64,000 bases of DNA, taken from Bryobacteraceae bacterium (GTDB taxonomy: Bacteria > Acidobacteriota > Terriglobia > Bryobacterales > Bryobacteraceae). Made by a program: the position numbers and the translations under genes. Below the pieces are notes generated by a model that was not told where the DNA came from, did no database searches, and saw nothing but the letters and a program-made list of their open reading frames with translations. The DNA lies in assembly GCA_045807925.1 (NCBI GenBank), contig JBJMGK010000213.1:64252-128251 (forward strand), in the 5' to 3' direction. The first letter of the stretch is position 1, and each line of letters opens with the position of its first letter. Positions 1-10,260 of this stretch are shown piece after piece.

Positions 1-132
1 TTGCTTTGCGGCCTCCAGAGTTGCTCGTCGAATTGCGTCGGAACAGAAGCTGAGGAAATAACAGTTGAACCCCTCCGCAAAGAACGGATCGCCATCGAAA
101 ACCAGGCGTGTTCCGCTGCGCTGCACGAACAC
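1..132 (-). CDS. glycoside hydrolase family 5-like protein, N-terminal fragment running off the left edge
   Basis: The minus-strand frame reads (V/M)FVQRSGTRLVFDGDPFFAEGFNCYFLSFCSD..., which resembles the start of GH5 mannanase/cellulase catalytic domains. A GTG at 132 has GAGG 5 nt upstream. The in-window part is under 60 aa, so it is absent from the ORF track. Confidence 0.35.
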   Translation of the reverse strand, partial: MFVQRSGTRLVFDGDPFFAEGFNCYFLSFCSDAIRRATLEAAKQ

Positions 133-145
133 GAGTGCCTCGGAT

Positions 146-748
146 CTAAGCTTTGTGGTGGACGACTCTGCCGAGCGAGTGGGGACGTTTCGTGAAGCGC
201 CAGACGGCCGCAGGCGGAAAATTCATCCACACACGTCCGATGCACTCGGCCTCAAGTCCGAGCCGCCTGCTCGGAATGGGGCAAGTAGGACCATAGGTGA
301 ACTGAATGATCTGTCCCTTTCCGGTGAGGGTGCTCATCATAGCGCGGAAGATCTCGATCTGATCCGATTGCCGAAGATTGCGCAGCGGGAGACTCGAGAC
401 AATCGTGTCAACCGGGCCTACGCCCGCACCGGACAGTATGCGAGGCGCATGAGCGGCCTCTCCGCAACAGATTCGAACTCGCGGGAAGTGTGTTTGCAGA
501 AACCCCGAAAGCACCGGATCGCGCTCGATGATGAACAGGCGTTCCGGCCGTAGCCCGCGACGAAGAAGCGCACGGGTGATAGCGCCCGTACCGGCACCGA
601 TTTCCAGCACCGAAGACTGTGACGGATCCACGCTTGATGCAATAAGCCGAGACAGCTGCGAAGAGCTGGGGACTAACGCACCCATTTTGCGGGGATCGTT
701 CAACAAGGAACGCCAAAAGAGTAGCGAAGCCGGAAGGTCGTTGCTCAT
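146..748 (-). CDS. class I SAM-dependent methyltransferase (COG3963 phospholipid N-methyltransferase-like)
   Basis: 200-aa ORF with SAM motif I (VLEIGAGTGAIT). The overall pattern (GALVPSS...L...IVSSLPL) is typical of this family. Confidence 0.8.
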   Translation of the reverse strand: MSNDLPASLLFWRSLLNDPRKMGALVPSSSQLSRLIASSVDPSQSSVLEIGAGTGAITRALLRRGLRPERLFIIERDPVLSGFLQTHFPRVRICCGEAAHAPRILSGAGVGPVDTIVSSLPLRNLRQSDQIEIFRAMMSTLTGKGQIIQFTYGPTCPIPSRRLGLEAECIGRVWMNFPPAAVWRFTKRPHSLGRVVHHKA

Positions 749-932
749 GTCCTAAATGGGAGGATAACTAACTGCAATGTCTGCACTATAGCGGAGGACA
801 GCCGAAGACTTAAAACAAGCGGGTTTTTTCACGGTTGCGGTACCAGGAGTTTGCCAACTCTCAACGGCAGGGTAAATGCAAAACATCGACTCAACTCAAA
901 GCTAGACGCGGTCTAAGGAATGGGTAGGACAC

Positions 933-1469
933 ATGGCTTTTACGAGTGTTATCTCGCGTGGCACCCAGTCGGTTGCTCTTCCGGCTGTACTGCTCCTGTA
1001 TTCTTATGCGCTCTCTGCGGCGACGGTTCCGAATGGCGTTTATCGCGCGACAGCCTATGCGCAATCCGGGAAGACGGCGTCAGGAGAAATCACTCACCGG
1101 CACGTAGTGGCGGCTGACCCGGACATTCTTCCTCTCGGATCGCGCATCAAGATTCGGCACGCTGGCAAGTACTCCGGAGAATATGTGGTCGCGGATACAG
1201 GCGCGCGAATTCAAGGCCGCCGCCTGGACATCTACATGCCGAGTGAGATGGCATGCAAGAAGTTTGGGAGCAAGCTGGTCCGGGTGAAAGTAATCCAGTT
1301 GGGCGATGGGACCCAGGCCGCAACGAAGCAAGCGGACCGCGCCGTCAAGGAGGACGTCGGCAAGGAAGTGAACAAGCAAGCGGTCGGAAACGCGGCAACG
1401 GAAGAAGACTGGGCCAAGGCGAGGGCCAAACAAGCCGGTGGTTCCAATTCAAAACCGACTTCACGGTAG
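933..1469 (+). CDS. 3D domain-containing cell-wall protein
   Basis: Hydrophobic N-terminal signal-like segment, then ATAYAQSGKTASGE...VVAADPDILPLGSRIKI...VVADTGARIQGRRLDIYM, characteristic of 3D (MltA/RlpA-like) domains. Confidence 0.75.
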   Translation: MAFTSVISRGTQSVALPAVLLLYSYALSAATVPNGVYRATAYAQSGKTASGEITHRHVVAADPDILPLGSRIKIRHAGKYSGEYVVADTGARIQGRRLDIYMPSEMACKKFGSKLVRVKVIQLGDGTQAATKQADRAVKEDVGKEVNKQAVGNAATEEDWAKARAKQAGGSNSKPTSR

Positions 1470-1544
1470 GTTTTGCGGTTTGGGGACGGAGGGAATTGTA
1501 GTGCAACCATTCGCTCCAATGAGTGTCCACATGTAGGGAATCTT

Positions 1545-1970
1545 ATGGATAAATTGGAAGAGCTCAAAAACAAATACGCAAGCGTTCTGGAAACCGTCAA
1601 ACAGAAAGGTGTGCGGTTGTCTCACCTCCACGTCCAGAACAATAAGCTGTTCATGCAGGGAGCAGCCCCGTCGGAAGCTGCCAAGAACGACGTTTGGAAC
1701 CAGATTAAAGCCGTTGATAGCTCATACAGCGATCTCAATTGCGATTTGACGGTAGACACAAACCTGCCCGCTCCTGAAACTCAGGTGTCAGCCGGGGCAC
1801 CGTCATCGACCAACAGGTATACGGTCAAAGCGGGAGACACGCTGTCGAAAATCGCAAAAGAGATCTATGGAAACGCCAACGAATACCACAAGATCTTCGA
1901 AGCAAATCAGGACAAGCTCCAAAGCCCCGACAAGATCCAGGTTGGTCAGGAACTCGTTATTCCGAACTGA
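1545..1970 (+). CDS. LysM peptidoglycan-binding domain protein (YgaU-like)
   Basis: C-terminal LysM motif YTVKAGDTLSKIAKEIYGNANEYHKIFEANQDKLQSPDKIQVGQELVIP. The start was chosen at the ATG (MDKLEEL); the ORF itself opens at 1473. Confidence 0.8.
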   Translation: MDKLEELKNKYASVLETVKQKGVRLSHLHVQNNKLFMQGAAPSEAAKNDVWNQIKAVDSSYSDLNCDLTVDTNLPAPETQVSAGAPSSTNRYTVKAGDTLSKIAKEIYGNANEYHKIFEANQDKLQSPDKIQVGQELVIPN

Positions 1971-2074
1971 GTTCCGCGCGGTTGTTGCGAGTCAAATCAA
2001 GGAAGGGGCCGACGTTTAGGCCCCTCACTGAATTATACTGGGTTCGGAGCCCTCCATTGCACTTTCGTCACCTA

Positions 2075-3040
2075 GTGCGCTTACTGGCGCACATTCAGCT
2101 ACTCCCAGTTCTTGAGAATGGTGAAGAAACGACGCTCATAGGCGGCCAGGCCGTGATGGAGGGAGTGATGATGCGCTCTCCGCATAGCTATTGCGTTGCG
2201 GTACGTCGACCGGACGGTGAGATCTCGCTGCACGAAGAGCCGTTGCCGAGATTAACCGACCGCCATCCGGTGCTGAAATGGCCATTGGTCCGTGGACTTG
2301 CGACGCTCGGCGGGGCGATGTGGCTGGGCATGAGAGCTTTGAAGTTCTCGGCTGATTGTGCTCTGGGCAAGTCTCCCGAAGAGAAAACGGACGAGAAGTC
2401 TTCAGGGCCGGGCGCGATGATCATGCAGATCTGTTTCTCGCTTCTGTTCATGATCGGCCTGTACAAACTGGTGCCGTTGTACTTAGCCACGCAGCTCGGG
2501 AAACACTTCGAAGTAGTTAGCGGGCGTTTCGCTATCAACTTCGTCGATGGCCTTCTGCGGATTGGCATCTTTCTCGCCTTCATGCTTCTGCTATCGCGAA
2601 TGAAGGACATGCACCGTTTGTTCCAATATCACGGGGCCGAGCACCGGGTGGTGTTCAATTTTGAGTCGGGCAAAGATGTCACGGTGGAAAACGCGCAAAA
2701 ATTCGTGACGTGGCACCCGCGTTGCGGAACGAGCTTTCTGTTCGTGGTCCTGATTGTCGCGATGGTGATCTATGCGTTCCTGCCGATCGACAGTTTCTGG
2801 ATGAAACTCGCCGCCCGAATCGTGCTTTTCCCCGCGATTGTGGGAATTAGCTACGAGATCATCCGGTTTGCGGCTAAAAAGCGGAACGGACTTCTTGCCG
2901 TTCTCACCAGGCCGGGCTTATGGCTGCAACGCGTGACCACGCAATCTCCAGCGGACGATCAAACCGAAGTTGCCATCTGCGCTCTGAATCACGCGATGGC
3001 ACTCGAAAAGGCTCAGGGCGGCCGACTTGTTATCGCCTAG
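2075..3040 (+). CDS. DUF1385 domain-containing membrane protein
   Basis: GGQAVMEGVMMR signature plus several hydrophobic helices, and the conserved position upstream of prfA-prmC. The start is uncertain: GTG at 2075 was chosen, and the ORF opens at 1982. Confidence 0.75.
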   Translation: MRLLAHIQLLPVLENGEETTLIGGQAVMEGVMMRSPHSYCVAVRRPDGEISLHEEPLPRLTDRHPVLKWPLVRGLATLGGAMWLGMRALKFSADCALGKSPEEKTDEKSSGPGAMIMQICFSLLFMIGLYKLVPLYLATQLGKHFEVVSGRFAINFVDGLLRIGIFLAFMLLLSRMKDMHRLFQYHGAEHRVVFNFESGKDVTVENAQKFVTWHPRCGTSFLFVVLIVAMVIYAFLPIDSFWMKLAARIVLFPAIVGISYEIIRFAAKKRNGLLAVLTRPGLWLQRVTTQSPADDQTEVAICALNHAMALEKAQGGRLVIA

Positions 3041-3092
3041 CTGTCCCGCATAGACCGCATCCGAACGTGAACGACTCGCCGGGACAAATAAA

Positions 3093-4172
3093 ATGCAGTA
3101 TCAAGATCGATTAAACGAAGCCGAAGCGCGATTCAGTGAGTTGACAGACCGGATGGCTGATCCGGCCGTGATCAACGATTCAGATCTCTACCGGAAGACT
3201 GCAAAGGCCCAGAGCGAACTGTCTGAGCTGGTAGCGAAGTACCGGGAATGGAGGCGTGCCGCCAGGGAGTTGGAAGAAGCTCGCGCCATGCTGACCGAGA
3301 CCGATCCCGATCTCCAGCAAATGGCCCAACTCGAGGTCACGAGACTGGAACCGGAAGTGGCAGCGATGGAACAGGAGCTGCAAGTACTTCTCCTGCCGAA
3401 GGACCCGAACGACGAGAAGAACGTCATCTTAGAAATCCGTAAGGGTGCGGGCGGAGACGAGGCTTCGTTGTTTGCGGCTGAAATGTTCCGGATGTACGGC
3501 CGGTATGCGGAAGAGCAGGGATGGAAAGTGGAAGTCACCTCCCTGAGCGAGTCGTCGGTCGGCGGCCTGAGTGAAGTGATCGCCATGATCAGCGGGAAGA
3601 AAGTTTACAGCCGCATGAAATATGAGAGCGGCGTACACCGTGTGCAGCGCGTTCCAGCCACCGAAACACAGGGACGGGTTCATACCTCCACCGTTACGGT
3701 TGTTGTCATGCCGGAAGCTGACGAAGTCGACGTTCAGATCGATGCCAAAGACATACGCATCGACACGTTCTGCTCGTCGGGTCCGGGCGGCCAATCTGTA
3801 AATACGACGTACTCTGCCGTTCGGATCACGCATCTTCCCACCAACACCGTCGTGTCCTGCCAGGACGAGAAGTCCCAGATCAAGAATCGGGCAAAGGCCA
3901 TGCAGGTATTGCGCTCTCGTTTGTATCAGATGGAAATTGAGAAGCAGCAGGCTGCTATCGGGGCTGAACGCAAGAGCATGGTAGGTACGGGCGATCGAAG
4001 CGAGAAGATCAGAACGTATAACTTCCCGCAGAATCGAATCACTGATCACCGAATTGGCCTTACTCTCCACCAGCTCGATCTCACAATGGAGGGGCGATTA
4101 CAGCCCGTTATCGACGCCCTGACGAGCTACTATCAATCCGAAAGGCTGCGAGATCAGGGTCAGGCCGCCTGA
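3093..4172 (+). CDS. prfA: peptide chain release factor 1
   Basis: GGQ motif ([11 protein letters not shown]), an RF1-type PxT tripeptide (PAT) and full-length similarity in pattern to RF1. Confidence 0.97.
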   Translation: MQYQDRLNEAEARFSELTDRMADPAVINDSDLYRKTAKAQSELSELVAKYREWRRAARELEEARAMLTETDPDLQQMAQLEVTRLEPEVAAMEQELQVLLLPKDPNDEKNVILEIRKGAGGDEASLFAAEMFRMYGRYAEEQGWKVEVTSLSESSVGGLSEVIAMISGKKVYSRMKYESGVHRVQRVPATETQGRVHTSTVTVVVMPEADEVDVQIDAKDIRIDTFCSSGPGGQSVNTTYSAVRITHLPTNTVVSCQDEKSQIKNRAKAMQVLRSRLYQMEIEKQQAAIGAERKSMVGTGDRSEKIRTYNFPQNRITDHRIGLTLHQLDLTMEGRLQPVIDALTSYYQSERLRDQGQAA

Positions 4173-4221
4173 ACTGAAATCTCGGACAAGTCCTCATCCA
4201 TGATGCGGAGCTGAGCTCCCA

Positions 4222-5055
4222 GTGACTCTTCAAACCGCCCTTCTCCAAGGCACATCGATTCTTGAGAAGGCTGAGATCGCCGTTCCGAGGCTCACTGCGG
4301 AAGTTCTGCTCTCACATGCATTGCGCCGCGATCGAAGCTACTTATACGCGCACGCTTCCGACGAGCTGACCGAGCTTGCGTGGATTCATTACGGGCGTTA
4401 CCTGAACGAGCGCCTCAAGGGAAAGCCCACCCAATACATCACTCGTCGCCAGGAGTTCTTCGGCCGTGATTTCTTTGTTGACGAACACGTATTGATTCCT
4501 CGACCCGAAACAGAGCACCTGGTAGAAGGTGCCCTCGCCTGGCTTGCAGATCATCCGCAAGCGACCGTTCTCGATGCGGGTACCGGATCAGGAGCAATCG
4601 CGGTCTCCGTTGCGCTCGAGAGCAATCGCGAAGTTTTCGCGTCCGACATATCGCAGGATGCCTTAGGCGTGGCAACGAGAAATAAATGCACTCACAATGC
4701 ACCTGTGCACTTCTTTGCCTGCGACCTGCTCGCAGCCGTGAAGCCGGCGAGTGTCGATCTCCTACTATCGAATCCGCCTTACGTGCCCGGCGAGGACGCT
4801 GCCAATATGCAACGAGAGGTACGCGAATGGGAACCTCACATTGCGCTCTTTGCCGGCGAAACTGGCTTCGAGATCTATCGTCGCTTAATCACGCAGGCGG
4901 AGCTGGTCGTCAAGCCTCAAGGCAGGCTGTTGATCGAGCTTGGGTATCGATCACTTCAAGGCGTGCGTGAGATGCTGGCAAACAGCTGGGTGGATATCCA
5001 GGTTATCTCCGATCTGGCCGGCCTCCCTCGAGTCATTGGAGCGACCAGGGATTGA
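4222..5055 (+). CDS. prmC: release factor glutamine N5-methyltransferase
   Basis: LDAGTGSGAIA SAM motif and an NPPY catalytic motif. It sits immediately downstream of prfA. Confidence 0.92.
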   Translation: MTLQTALLQGTSILEKAEIAVPRLTAEVLLSHALRRDRSYLYAHASDELTELAWIHYGRYLNERLKGKPTQYITRRQEFFGRDFFVDEHVLIPRPETEHLVEGALAWLADHPQATVLDAGTGSGAIAVSVALESNREVFASDISQDALGVATRNKCTHNAPVHFFACDLLAAVKPASVDLLLSNPPYVPGEDAANMQREVREWEPHIALFAGETGFEIYRRLITQAELVVKPQGRLLIELGYRSLQGVREMLANSWVDIQVISDLAGLPRVIGATRD

Positions 5056-5067
5056 ACAAGTGTAGTC

Positions 5068-6327
5068 ATGCTGCAGCGGGTCATTTGCCACGTCGACATG
5101 GATGCGTTCTTCGTGTCTGTGGAAGAACTCTTCGATCCGTCCCTTCGCGGCAAACCTGTTATCGTCGGCGGTAAGCGTGACCAGCGTGGCGTGGTGGCCG
5201 CCGCTTCTTACCCAGCCCGCAAGTTTGGCATTCACTCCGCCATGCCGTTGCGCGTAGCTTCCCGCTTATGTCCGCAAGCGATATTTGTCCCCGGCCAACC
5301 TGCTCGATACCGCGAATACTCTCAGAAAGTTTTCGCCGTTCTCAATCGCTTTTCGCCTCGGGTCGAAATGGCGTCTATCGATGAGGCGTATCTCGATCTG
5401 ACGGGTACGGCTCGTCTCTTCGGGCCTCCACTGCGCGCTGCGCATGCCCTGCACGAGGCAATCCGGGAAGAGACAAACCTCCGGTGCTCGCTCGGTCTCG
5501 CATCGTCCCGTCTGGTTGCAAAGGTCTCATCCGATCAGGCGAAACCGAATGGCGTCTTGTATGTGCTTCCGGGACAGGAAGCGCAGTTTCTTTCCGGACT
5601 CGAGGTGAGGAAAATTCCCGGTGTCGGTAAGAGCACCGAAGCCTCCCTCCATCGCCTTGGCATTCGTCTGGTCGGTGACCTTGCGAAGCTCGACGAAGCA
5701 TTCCTGGCCAGTCATTGGGGAAAGTGGGGCTTGGCGCTTGCTGGTAAGTCCAAGGGCGAGGACTCTGGCGCGTGGTTTGATGCGCCCGTTGGCGAGCGCG
5801 ACGATCCCAAGTCGATCAGCCACGAGCACACGTTTGGGACCGATACCGCCGACCGCGAACGGTTGGAAACCGCCCTGCTTCGGCTGTCAGAGATGGTCGC
5901 GAAGCGGCTGCGCGAACACCAGCTTTATACCCGAACGATCCAGCTCAAATTGCGGTACGAGGATTTCAGTACCTTCACACGTGCGATCACGCTCGACCAT
6001 GCAACCCAGCTTGATCGGGAGATAGCGGGAGCCGTGCGCCAACTTACGCGGCAAACATGGGACGGTAAAACGCCGGTACGCTTACTGGGCGTGTATGCGG
6101 GATCTCTGCAGCATTCCGAAGGACAGATGAGTCTTCTGGACGAGCCTCAGACAGAGCATCTCCGGAGAGCATTCCGCTCGGTTGATCACATCCGAAACCG
6201 CTTCGGCGAAGCGAGCATCTCGCTCGCGAAGACCCTTGGCTCAGGTATCCGCGAGAAAGTGCACGAGAATCCTTTCGACCTCCCCGGCAGGTCGGCGAAA
6301 AATAAGAAGCCGGACGACAACCGCTAA
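5068..6327 (+). CDS. dinB: DNA polymerase IV (Y-family)
   Basis: N-terminal HVDMDAFFVSVEE and SIDEAYLD catalytic motifs, about 420 aa. Confidence 0.93.
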   Translation: MLQRVICHVDMDAFFVSVEELFDPSLRGKPVIVGGKRDQRGVVAAASYPARKFGIHSAMPLRVASRLCPQAIFVPGQPARYREYSQKVFAVLNRFSPRVEMASIDEAYLDLTGTARLFGPPLRAAHALHEAIREETNLRCSLGLASSRLVAKVSSDQAKPNGVLYVLPGQEAQFLSGLEVRKIPGVGKSTEASLHRLGIRLVGDLAKLDEAFLASHWGKWGLALAGKSKGEDSGAWFDAPVGERDDPKSISHEHTFGTDTADRERLETALLRLSEMVAKRLREHQLYTRTIQLKLRYEDFSTFTRAITLDHATQLDREIAGAVRQLTRQTWDGKTPVRLLGVYAGSLQHSEGQMSLLDEPQTEHLRRAFRSVDHIRNRFGEASISLAKTLGSGIREKVHENPFDLPGRSAKNKKPDDNR

Positions 6328-7079
6328 GCTGCTGCAACAATCTTCGAGAACGACTGGGGATCAAGGCTGGCGCCGCCCACAAGAGCCCCATCGATCTCGG
6401 GCTCTGCCATCAAGCCTGCGATGTTGTCCGGTTTGACACTGCCGCCGTAAAGAATCCGGAGCTGCTGTGCGGCCTCTTGCCCGAAACGCTTGTCGGCTTC
6501 GGAGCGGATCAGCTTGTGTGCTTCCGATGCGATGTAAGGTGTCGCCGTTTGGCCGGTTCCAATCGCCCAGACCGGTTCGTAGGCGACGACGATGGTTGCA
6601 AATTGCTCTTCGGTCAACCCGGCGATTCCGGCCGCAAACTGGCGAACGAGCACTTCGGCCGTCTTTCCTTCCTTGTGTTCTTCGAGTCTTTCTCCGACAC
6701 AAACAATTGGCGTCAGACCTGCCACGATCGCGGCGTGAATCTTCTTGAGGACGTTCGCGTCGGTCTCACCGAAGTACTGGCGGCGCTCGCTGTGTCCGAT
6801 GATCACCCAGGTCGCACCTGCGGCCCGGAGCATCTCGGGCGACACTTCACCCGTAAACGCTCCTTCCCGTTCCCAGAAAGCGTTTTGGCCACCGATGGCT
6901 ATCTCTGTCCCTGCAGCAGCGGCGACTGCAGCCGGTATCGCCAACGCGGGAGGACAAACGACGACTTCACATTTGTCATCCACAGGCTTGGCTTGCGCCT
7001 TAAACTGCTCGAAAAAGTCAGTCGCATCTTGGGCGGTCTTGTACATCTTCCAATTGGCCGCCATAACTCGCCTTCTCAT
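6324..7079 (-). CDS. tpiA: triose-phosphate isomerase
   Basis: ANWKMYK, IIGHSERR and AYEPVWAIGTG motifs. Confidence 0.96.
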   Translation of the reverse strand: MRRRVMAANWKMYKTAQDATDFFEQFKAQAKPVDDKCEVVVCPPALAIPAAVAAAAGTEIAIGGQNAFWEREGAFTGEVSPEMLRAAGATWVIIGHSERRQYFGETDANVLKKIHAAIVAGLTPIVCVGERLEEHKEGKTAEVLVRQFAAGIAGLTEEQFATIVVAYEPVWAIGTGQTATPYIASEAHKLIRSEADKRFGQEAAQQLRILYGGSVKPDNIAGLMAEPEIDGALVGGASLDPQSFSKIVAAA

Positions 7080-7096
7080 AGGGCTGGGGGGAACAA

Positions 7097-8272
7097 TTAT
7101 CCTTTCTGAATCTCGCGGAGGAAGCTTGTGCCGGCCGGGATCTTACCGGTCCCGAAGATCTCGGTCACTGTCTGTCCAATGTCCGCGAGCGATTTTCTTA
7201 TACCGAGGGAAACACCTGGATTCGCGCCGGGACCATAGGCGAGCAAGGGGGTGAACTCGCGGGAATGGTCGGTCGACGGCGTCGTCGGGTCACAGCCGTG
7301 ATCTGCCGTCAGGACAATCAAGTCCGTGTCTTTCACGGGCAGCGAGGGCAGCCATTTGTCGACCGCCTCGAGTGCGCCTGCATACCCTTCAACATCGTTA
7401 CGATGTCCGTACTGCTGATCGAAGTCCACCAGGTTAACGAAGATGAGTCCGCTGTCCTGACTGCGCATGGCCTCAAGTGTTTTCTGCATCCCGTCCGCGT
7501 TGCTCTTCGTCTTCTCGGAACGCGTGATGCCGCGCCCAAGGAAGATGTCGGAGATCTTTCCGACCGCATACACGGGAATGCCTCCCGCGGCGAGTTGATC
7601 GAGCAGCATTCCCTGCGGTGGTGGAGTGGCGTAATCATGCCGATTTGGCGTCCGTTCGAAACGACCGGGCTCACCTGTGAATGGCCGCGCGATCACACGC
7701 CCTACTTCATGCGGTCCACGCAGAATCTCGCGCGCTTGCTCACACATTCCATACAGCTCGGGAAGCGGAATGACGCTCTCGTGAGCGGCAATCTGAAACA
7801 CGCTGTCCGCCGACGTATACACGATAGGAAAGCTGGTTCGGACGTGTTCGGCTCCCAGTTCCTTGATAATCTCGGTACCCGAAGCCGCTTTGTTGCCGAG
7901 GCACTTGCGCCCGATCGCCTCTTGGAACGGAACCAGCACTTCCGGCGGAAAACCGTGTGGATATGTTGGGAACGGCTTCTCCAGGATGATGCCGGCCATT
8001 TCCCAGTGCCCGGTGGTCGTGTCCTTTCCGGGCGAGGCGAGAGCACATTTTCCAAACGCTGCACCAGGCCTGTCGGAGCGTGCTAACCCGGCTAGCGGCT
8101 CGATGTTCGCCAATCCCAAGCGGGACAAATTCGGCAATCGGAGCGGACGTATTCGCGACAGGTTGCCCAGCGTATTGCTACCTGAATCGCCATAAGCCGC
8201 GGCATCAGGCATAGCGCCGATTCCAACACTGTCAAGAACGATCCAAACCACCCGCTCGAACGTCGAACTCAT
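7097..8272 (-). CDS. deoB: phosphopentomutase
   Basis: [10 protein letters not shown]-terminus and a TADHGCDPT metal-binding motif. The ATG at 8272 was preferred over the upstream TTG at 8308. Confidence 0.9.
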   Translation of the reverse strand: MSSTFERVVWIVLDSVGIGAMPDAAAYGDSGSNTLGNLSRIRPLRLPNLSRLGLANIEPLAGLARSDRPGAAFGKCALASPGKDTTTGHWEMAGIILEKPFPTYPHGFPPEVLVPFQEAIGRKCLGNKAASGTEIIKELGAEHVRTSFPIVYTSADSVFQIAAHESVIPLPELYGMCEQAREILRGPHEVGRVIARPFTGEPGRFERTPNRHDYATPPPQGMLLDQLAAGGIPVYAVGKISDIFLGRGITRSEKTKSNADGMQKTLEAMRSQDSGLIFVNLVDFDQQYGHRNDVEGYAGALEAVDKWLPSLPVKDTDLIVLTADHGCDPTTPSTDHSREFTPLLAYGPGANPGVSLGIRKSLADIGQTVTEIFGTGKIPAGTSFLREIQKG

Positions 8273-8314
8273 CGCGCGAGCCTCAGAGGTCGGCGTCGAC
8301 TCAACCAACCCAAC

Positions 8315-8977
8315 TCACTTCGGTTTACCATCGCTGCCATTGGGAGGAGTGGCTTGCGGAAACGTCCCCGTAAACTGATCTTTCAACCGGGCCGCGCGCT
8401 CACGAGCAAGATGCATGAAGGTGGGACGAGACGAGATTCGGTCGAGCAAAGGAACAAATTGCAGAGGTGCCGCCAACTGTTTACGCAGCCATAGGGACTC
8501 GATCTCGGCAAGAGCGTCGTTGACTCCGAGTTTGTCGAAGTGAACAGTCCTGTCGAGGTCGATATAACAGCGCTCGGATGCGGCAATCTGTTCGAATTTC
8601 TCGAGCAAGTGCTGGGCGTTGACATCAATCGAGTAATTGAAAACCGCTTCGGTCGGCGTGCCCGTTTCCGGTTCGTAGCGGAATGTTTTTTTCCCCGTAT
8701 TCGCAACCTTCAGACCGGACTCGATTGGAGCTTTAAAATACGCAAGCTTTTCGGCATAGGAGAATAAGCCCGCGACGTCGGGATCGGGCAATTGAGCCTT
8801 AACCGGCTGTTCGTCTTCTTTCTCGGACTCTTTGTACTCGAGGGAACCGGTTTTATCGACTGCAATCCAGACATACGCAGGGACGCTTCCCGGAAAGCTT
8901 TTAATAAACACCACGCGAGGAGCGGCGGGAAAGCACGGCACGGCCGCGAACAAGAGTGCGGCAAGCGCGACTTTCAC
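8315..8977 (-). CDS. hypothetical exported protein
   Basis: 220-aa ORF with an N-terminal signal-like peptide (MKVALAALLFAAVPCFPAAP). Its GTG start overlaps the ruvC stop (TAGTG). No family was recognised. Confidence 0.6.
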   Translation of the reverse strand: MKVALAALLFAAVPCFPAAPRVVFIKSFPGSVPAYVWIAVDKTGSLEYKESEKEDEQPVKAQLPDPDVAGLFSYAEKLAYFKAPIESGLKVANTGKKTFRYEPETGTPTEAVFNYSIDVNAQHLLEKFEQIAASERCYIDLDRTVHFDKLGVNDALAEIESLWLRKQLAAPLQFVPLLDRISSRPTFMHLARERAARLKDQFTGTFPQATPPNGSDGKPK

Positions 8978-9471
8978 TAGTTAGCCTCGACTGCAACGGG
9001 AAAATTCATTCGCGCGCCGTGACAAATTGCCACTGCCAAAGCGTCCGTTGCGTCGTATGAACTAAATTGCCGATCAATTCCGAGCAGCGAATGTACCATC
9101 ATCTCGACCTGATGTTTCTCGGCTCGCCCGTAACCAACAACACTGATTTTTACTTCCAGGGGTGAGTACTCGCTCACCGGTAACCCGGCCTCGGCCGCAA
9201 GGAGCAGCGCGACCCCTCGAACATGCGCCAGCTTCAAAGCAGATTTCGTGTTGATCGAATGGAAGACCTCCTCCACCGAAACAACGCGGGGATTGAAGCT
9301 GGAGATAACTGACCGAAGTTCACCTGCGATGTGTGCCAGCCGGTGTTCGAGTGCGTAATTTGCTTTTGTCCGGATCACGCCGGCAGTGATAAAGCGGTGG
9401 GACCGTCCGTCGGAGTCGATGACTCCGTAGCCCGTTTTCTCAGTTCCGCAGTCTATTCCGACAATTCGCAT
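8977..9471 (-). CDS. ruvC: crossover junction endodeoxyribonuclease RuvC
   Basis: [19 protein letters not shown]-terminus with typical RuvC length and pattern. Confidence 0.93.
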   Translation of the reverse strand: MRIVGIDCGTEKTGYGVIDSDGRSHRFITAGVIRTKANYALEHRLAHIAGELRSVISSFNPRVVSVEEVFHSINTKSALKLAHVRGVALLLAAEAGLPVSEYSPLEVKISVVGYGRAEKHQVEMMVHSLLGIDRQFSSYDATDALAVAICHGARMNFPVAVEAN

Positions 9472-9522
9472 TCGAGAAGTTCGCGCTGCCAGGCATGCCG
9501 GAACGCAGGGTGGAAGAGCGCT

Positions 9523-10260
9523 CTAGGCGAGCACTTCCTCCTCGTCTACTTCGTGATTTCCATACACGCTTTGGACATCGTCATGTTCTTCGAGAACGTC
9601 GTACAGCTTCTGCATGGCCGTGGCATTCTTGCCTTCCAGCTTCACTGTGTTCTTCGGAATCATCGCGATTTCCGCTGACTCGGTTGGAATACCTGCCTGC
9701 TCCAGGGCCTTCAAAATGGCTTCGTGTGCTTCGGGCGGTGATAGAATCTCCCAGGCTCCGCCCTGGTCCCGGATGTCGTCGGCCCCGGCATCCAGAAGCA
9801 GGTTCATGAGCTGCTCTTCCGTTGCCTTTTCGGCGTCAACGATTACCTGGCTCTTACGGTCGAACATCCACGAAACGCTTCCTTGCTCGCCCATGTTCCC
9901 GCCGTTTTTCGAGAAGATATGGCGAACTTCGCTTACAGTTCTGTTGCGATTATCCGTTGCAACGTTGACTAATACGGCAGCGCCCCCGGGACCGTACCCC
10001 TCGAACATGATCTCGTCGATTTGACCGCCCTCGAGTTCACCGGTACCGCGCATGATCGCGCGCTTGATATTGTCGGCGGGCATGCTGACAGCCTTGGCGG
10101 CTGTGATTGCGGTCCGAAGCCTGGCATTTGAATCCGGATCGCCCCCGCTTCGAGCGGCGATCATGATTTCCTTGATCAGGCGCGTGAAAATCTTGCCGCG
10201 CTTAGCATCTGTGGCCGCCTTCTTGTGCTTAATTGTGGCCCACTTACTATGTCCAGACAT
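9523..10260 (-). CDS. yebC: YebC/PmpR family DNA-binding transcriptional regulator
   Basis: Canonical MSGHSKWATIKHKKAATDAKRGKIFTRL start. The upstream TTG extension to 10326 was rejected. Confidence 0.93.
   Translation of the reverse strand: MSGHSKWATIKHKKAATDAKRGKIFTRLIKEIMIAARSGGDPDSNARLRTAITAAKAVSMPADNIKRAIMRGTGELEGGQIDEIMFEGYGPGGAAVLVNVATDNRNRTVSEVRHIFSKNGGNMGEQGSVSWMFDRKSQVIVDAEKATEEQLMNLLLDAGADDIRDQGGAWEILSPPEAHEAILKALEQAGIPTESAEIAMIPKNTVKLEGKNATAMQKLYDVLEEHDDVQSVYGNHEVDEEEVLA

Noticed and set aside
1-553. Plus-strand ORFs 1..195 and 65..553
   Set aside because: They lie antisense to the well-supported methyltransferase gene and to the GH5-like fragment. They have no recognisable motifs and an Arg/Ser/Ala-rich composition typical of shadow ORFs in GC-rich DNA.
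749-932. Possible cyclic-di-AMP (ydaO-type) riboswitch upstream of the 3D-domain cell-wall gene
   Set aside because: That riboswitch often precedes such genes. However, I could not find its conserved paired ACGGGG/CCC-type cores or pseudo-symmetric architecture in this 184-nt region.
3429-4070. 213-aa minus-strand ORF
   Set aside because: It is fully antisense to prfA, which has unambiguous GGQ and PxT motifs. It is a shadow ORF.
6477-7109. 210-aa plus-strand ORF (with 6745..7254)
   Set aside because: It is antisense to tpiA and has no family resemblance.
7265-8086. 273-aa plus-strand ORF
   Set aside because: It is antisense to deoB and shows low-complexity Arg-rich translation.
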